Shown here in pieces: positions 63,384 to 64,000 of a stretch of DNA of 64,000 bases. The stretch comes from an uncultured Oscillospiraceae bacterium (GTDB lineage: Bacteria > Bacillota > Clostridia > Oscillospirales > Oscillospiraceae). Numbering within the stretch: the first letter of the stretch is position 1; every line of letters starts with the position of its first letter. A program made the translations under genes and the position numbers. The notes under the pieces are model-generated. The model searched no databases, was not told where the DNA came from, and worked only from the letters and a program-made list of their open reading frames with translations. The stretch lies in the NCBI GenBank assembly GCA_934667095.1, contig CAKULE010000006.1, positions 1,720-65,719 on the forward strand, written 5' to 3'.

Positions 63384-63402
63384 TCTTGCTTGTTATGTTC
63401 AC

Positions 63403-63431
63403 AGTGTACCATCTTAGCACTGTGCCGTCAA
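63403..63431 (-). promoter_or_regulatory. sigma-70-type promoter of the pur-fhs operon
   Basis: Minus sense: TTGACG (63431-63426), 17-nt spacer ending TGG, TACACT (63408-63403), about 20 nt upstream of the riboswitch. Confidence 0.45.
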
Positions 63432-63676
63432 GCGGGGAATCTGAAAGACTATCTCTGCCGCAAAGCTCCAGTTTTCGGCGCTTTGCCCACGGGGGCCAGA
63501 TACTCTGTAAATGACTGGAAAACCGGCGGACCCGGCGGGTCAAACCCGGTCGCCCTCCCGGTCCGGCGGGGGCGGGACGGGCGACCGCCGGCGCAGCAGC
63601 TCCAGCGCTGCCAGCGCAGAGGGCAGGTCCTTTACCGGCAGCCACACCCGGCCGGGAGGCAGCTGAGCGAGTTCCC

Positions 63677-64000
63677 TCATAGCAGGGTGATAAATTCGCT
63701 GCTGGCGTAGCCCTCGGTGCCGTCGAAGCGCACCAGATACCACCCCTGCCACTGGTTGAGGATGGTGAGCCGGGCCCCGTCGTAGGCTTTGGCGATGACG
63801 GGGGCGGAGGTGGAGGGCCGCTGGCGGATGTTCAGGTAGCCCCAGCTCACGTCCACCACGCCCTGCCGGCTGGTGTTGGGATAGAGGAAGGGAATACCGA
63901 AGTATTCCGTCAGGGACAGCACCAGATTGCGGGCGATCTCATCCAGATTGCCCTTGATCCACGCGGCGTCGTCGGTATTATCGTGGTAGCCCAGCTCCAG
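63677..64000 (-). CDS. N-acetylmuramoyl-L-alanine amidase C-terminal part + SH3b domain (5' end outside window)
   Basis: Frame open to the window edge: LELGYHDNTDDAAWIKGNLDEIARNLVLSLTEYFGIP (end of Amidase_3), then SH3-like GVVDVSWGYLNIRQRPSTSAPVIAKAYDGARLTILNQWQGWYLVRF. Confidence 0.75.
   Translation of the reverse strand: MELGYHDNTDDAAWIKGNLDEIARNLVLSLTEYFGIPFLYPNTSRQGVVDVSWGYLNIRQRPSTSAPVIAKAYDGARLTILNQWQGWYLVRFDGTEGYASSEFITLL

Noticed and set aside
63235-63400. Guanine/adenine (purine) riboswitch in the pur leader
   Set aside because: No three-way-junction purine aptamer consensus is visible. The sequence instead matches the bipartite ZTP motif.
63540-63680. 46-aa minus-strand ORF (MRELAQLPPGRVWLPVKDLPSALAALELLRRR...) ATGA-coupled to the amidase stop
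   Set aside because: Coupling is suggestive, but the product is Pro/Arg-rich with no recognisable family and the region is very GC-rich. Left unannotated and low confidence either way.
1-64000. CRISPR arrays, rRNA genes, group II introns and retrons
   Set aside because: No regularly spaced direct repeats, rRNA-like sequence or reverse transcriptase motifs were noticed on either strand. The scan was by eye only.

Overview
High-GC Clostridia-type chromosomal window (gene content and codon style suggest Oscillospiraceae/Ruminococcaceae; this is an inference). Layout: (1) 1-1465: extracytoplasmic methionine-sulfoxide repair genes, a TlpA-like fragment and a lipoprotein MsrAB whose MsrB end is frameshifted and degraded. 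(2) 1.5-6.4 kb: a decayed accessory patch. It holds a DUF1016-N protein and a visibly lower-GC remnant of a serine-recombinase mobile element (TnpV, Zn-ribbon protein, Xis-like HTH, a frameshifted small gene, and a resolvase gene cut after codon 42). An IS256-family IS interrupts it and has no target duplication. (3) 6.5-17.1 kb: housekeeping genes ddl, murF, ABC-F, ydcF-like, prfA, a HAD::TsaC fusion, coaE, M18 aminopeptidase, GNAT and tepA-like. (4) Two tRNA-Ser genes. (5) 17388-49618: a complete-looking 32.2-kb siphovirus-type prophage in the 3' end of tRNA-Ser(GCU), bounded by a 29-bp direct repeat. It carries an integrase, an MNT/HEPN pair, a CI/Cro switch with palindromic operators, a replisome organizer with internal iterons, DnaB, a ParA + DUF3102-like module, a 24-bp palindrome present three times, AcrIIA9/PcfK-like and PcfJ-like genes, an antisense HicAB, a phosphodiester-glycosidase-SH3 protein, an HUH Rep-like protein, HNH/P27-TerS/TerL, an HK97-type head, a tail with a canonical -1 frameshift chaperone, two tail-fibre-like proteins with a shared N-terminal module (one BspA-type LRR), and an XhlA/holin/amidase-SPOR lysis cassette. 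(6) A hybrid histidine-kinase remnant next to attR. (7) 50.2-63.4 kb, minus strand: a ZTP-riboswitch-led purE-C-F-M-N-(purO-type)-purH-purD-purL-fhs operon. (8) A partial amidase-SH3 gene at the right edge. No CRISPR array, rRNA gene or reverse transcriptase was seen. The most unusual content is the prophage accessory load, chiefly the partition-like module with its dispersed palindromes, the anti-defence-like pair and the second (HUH) replication-type protein. None of this can be proven novel without database searches.
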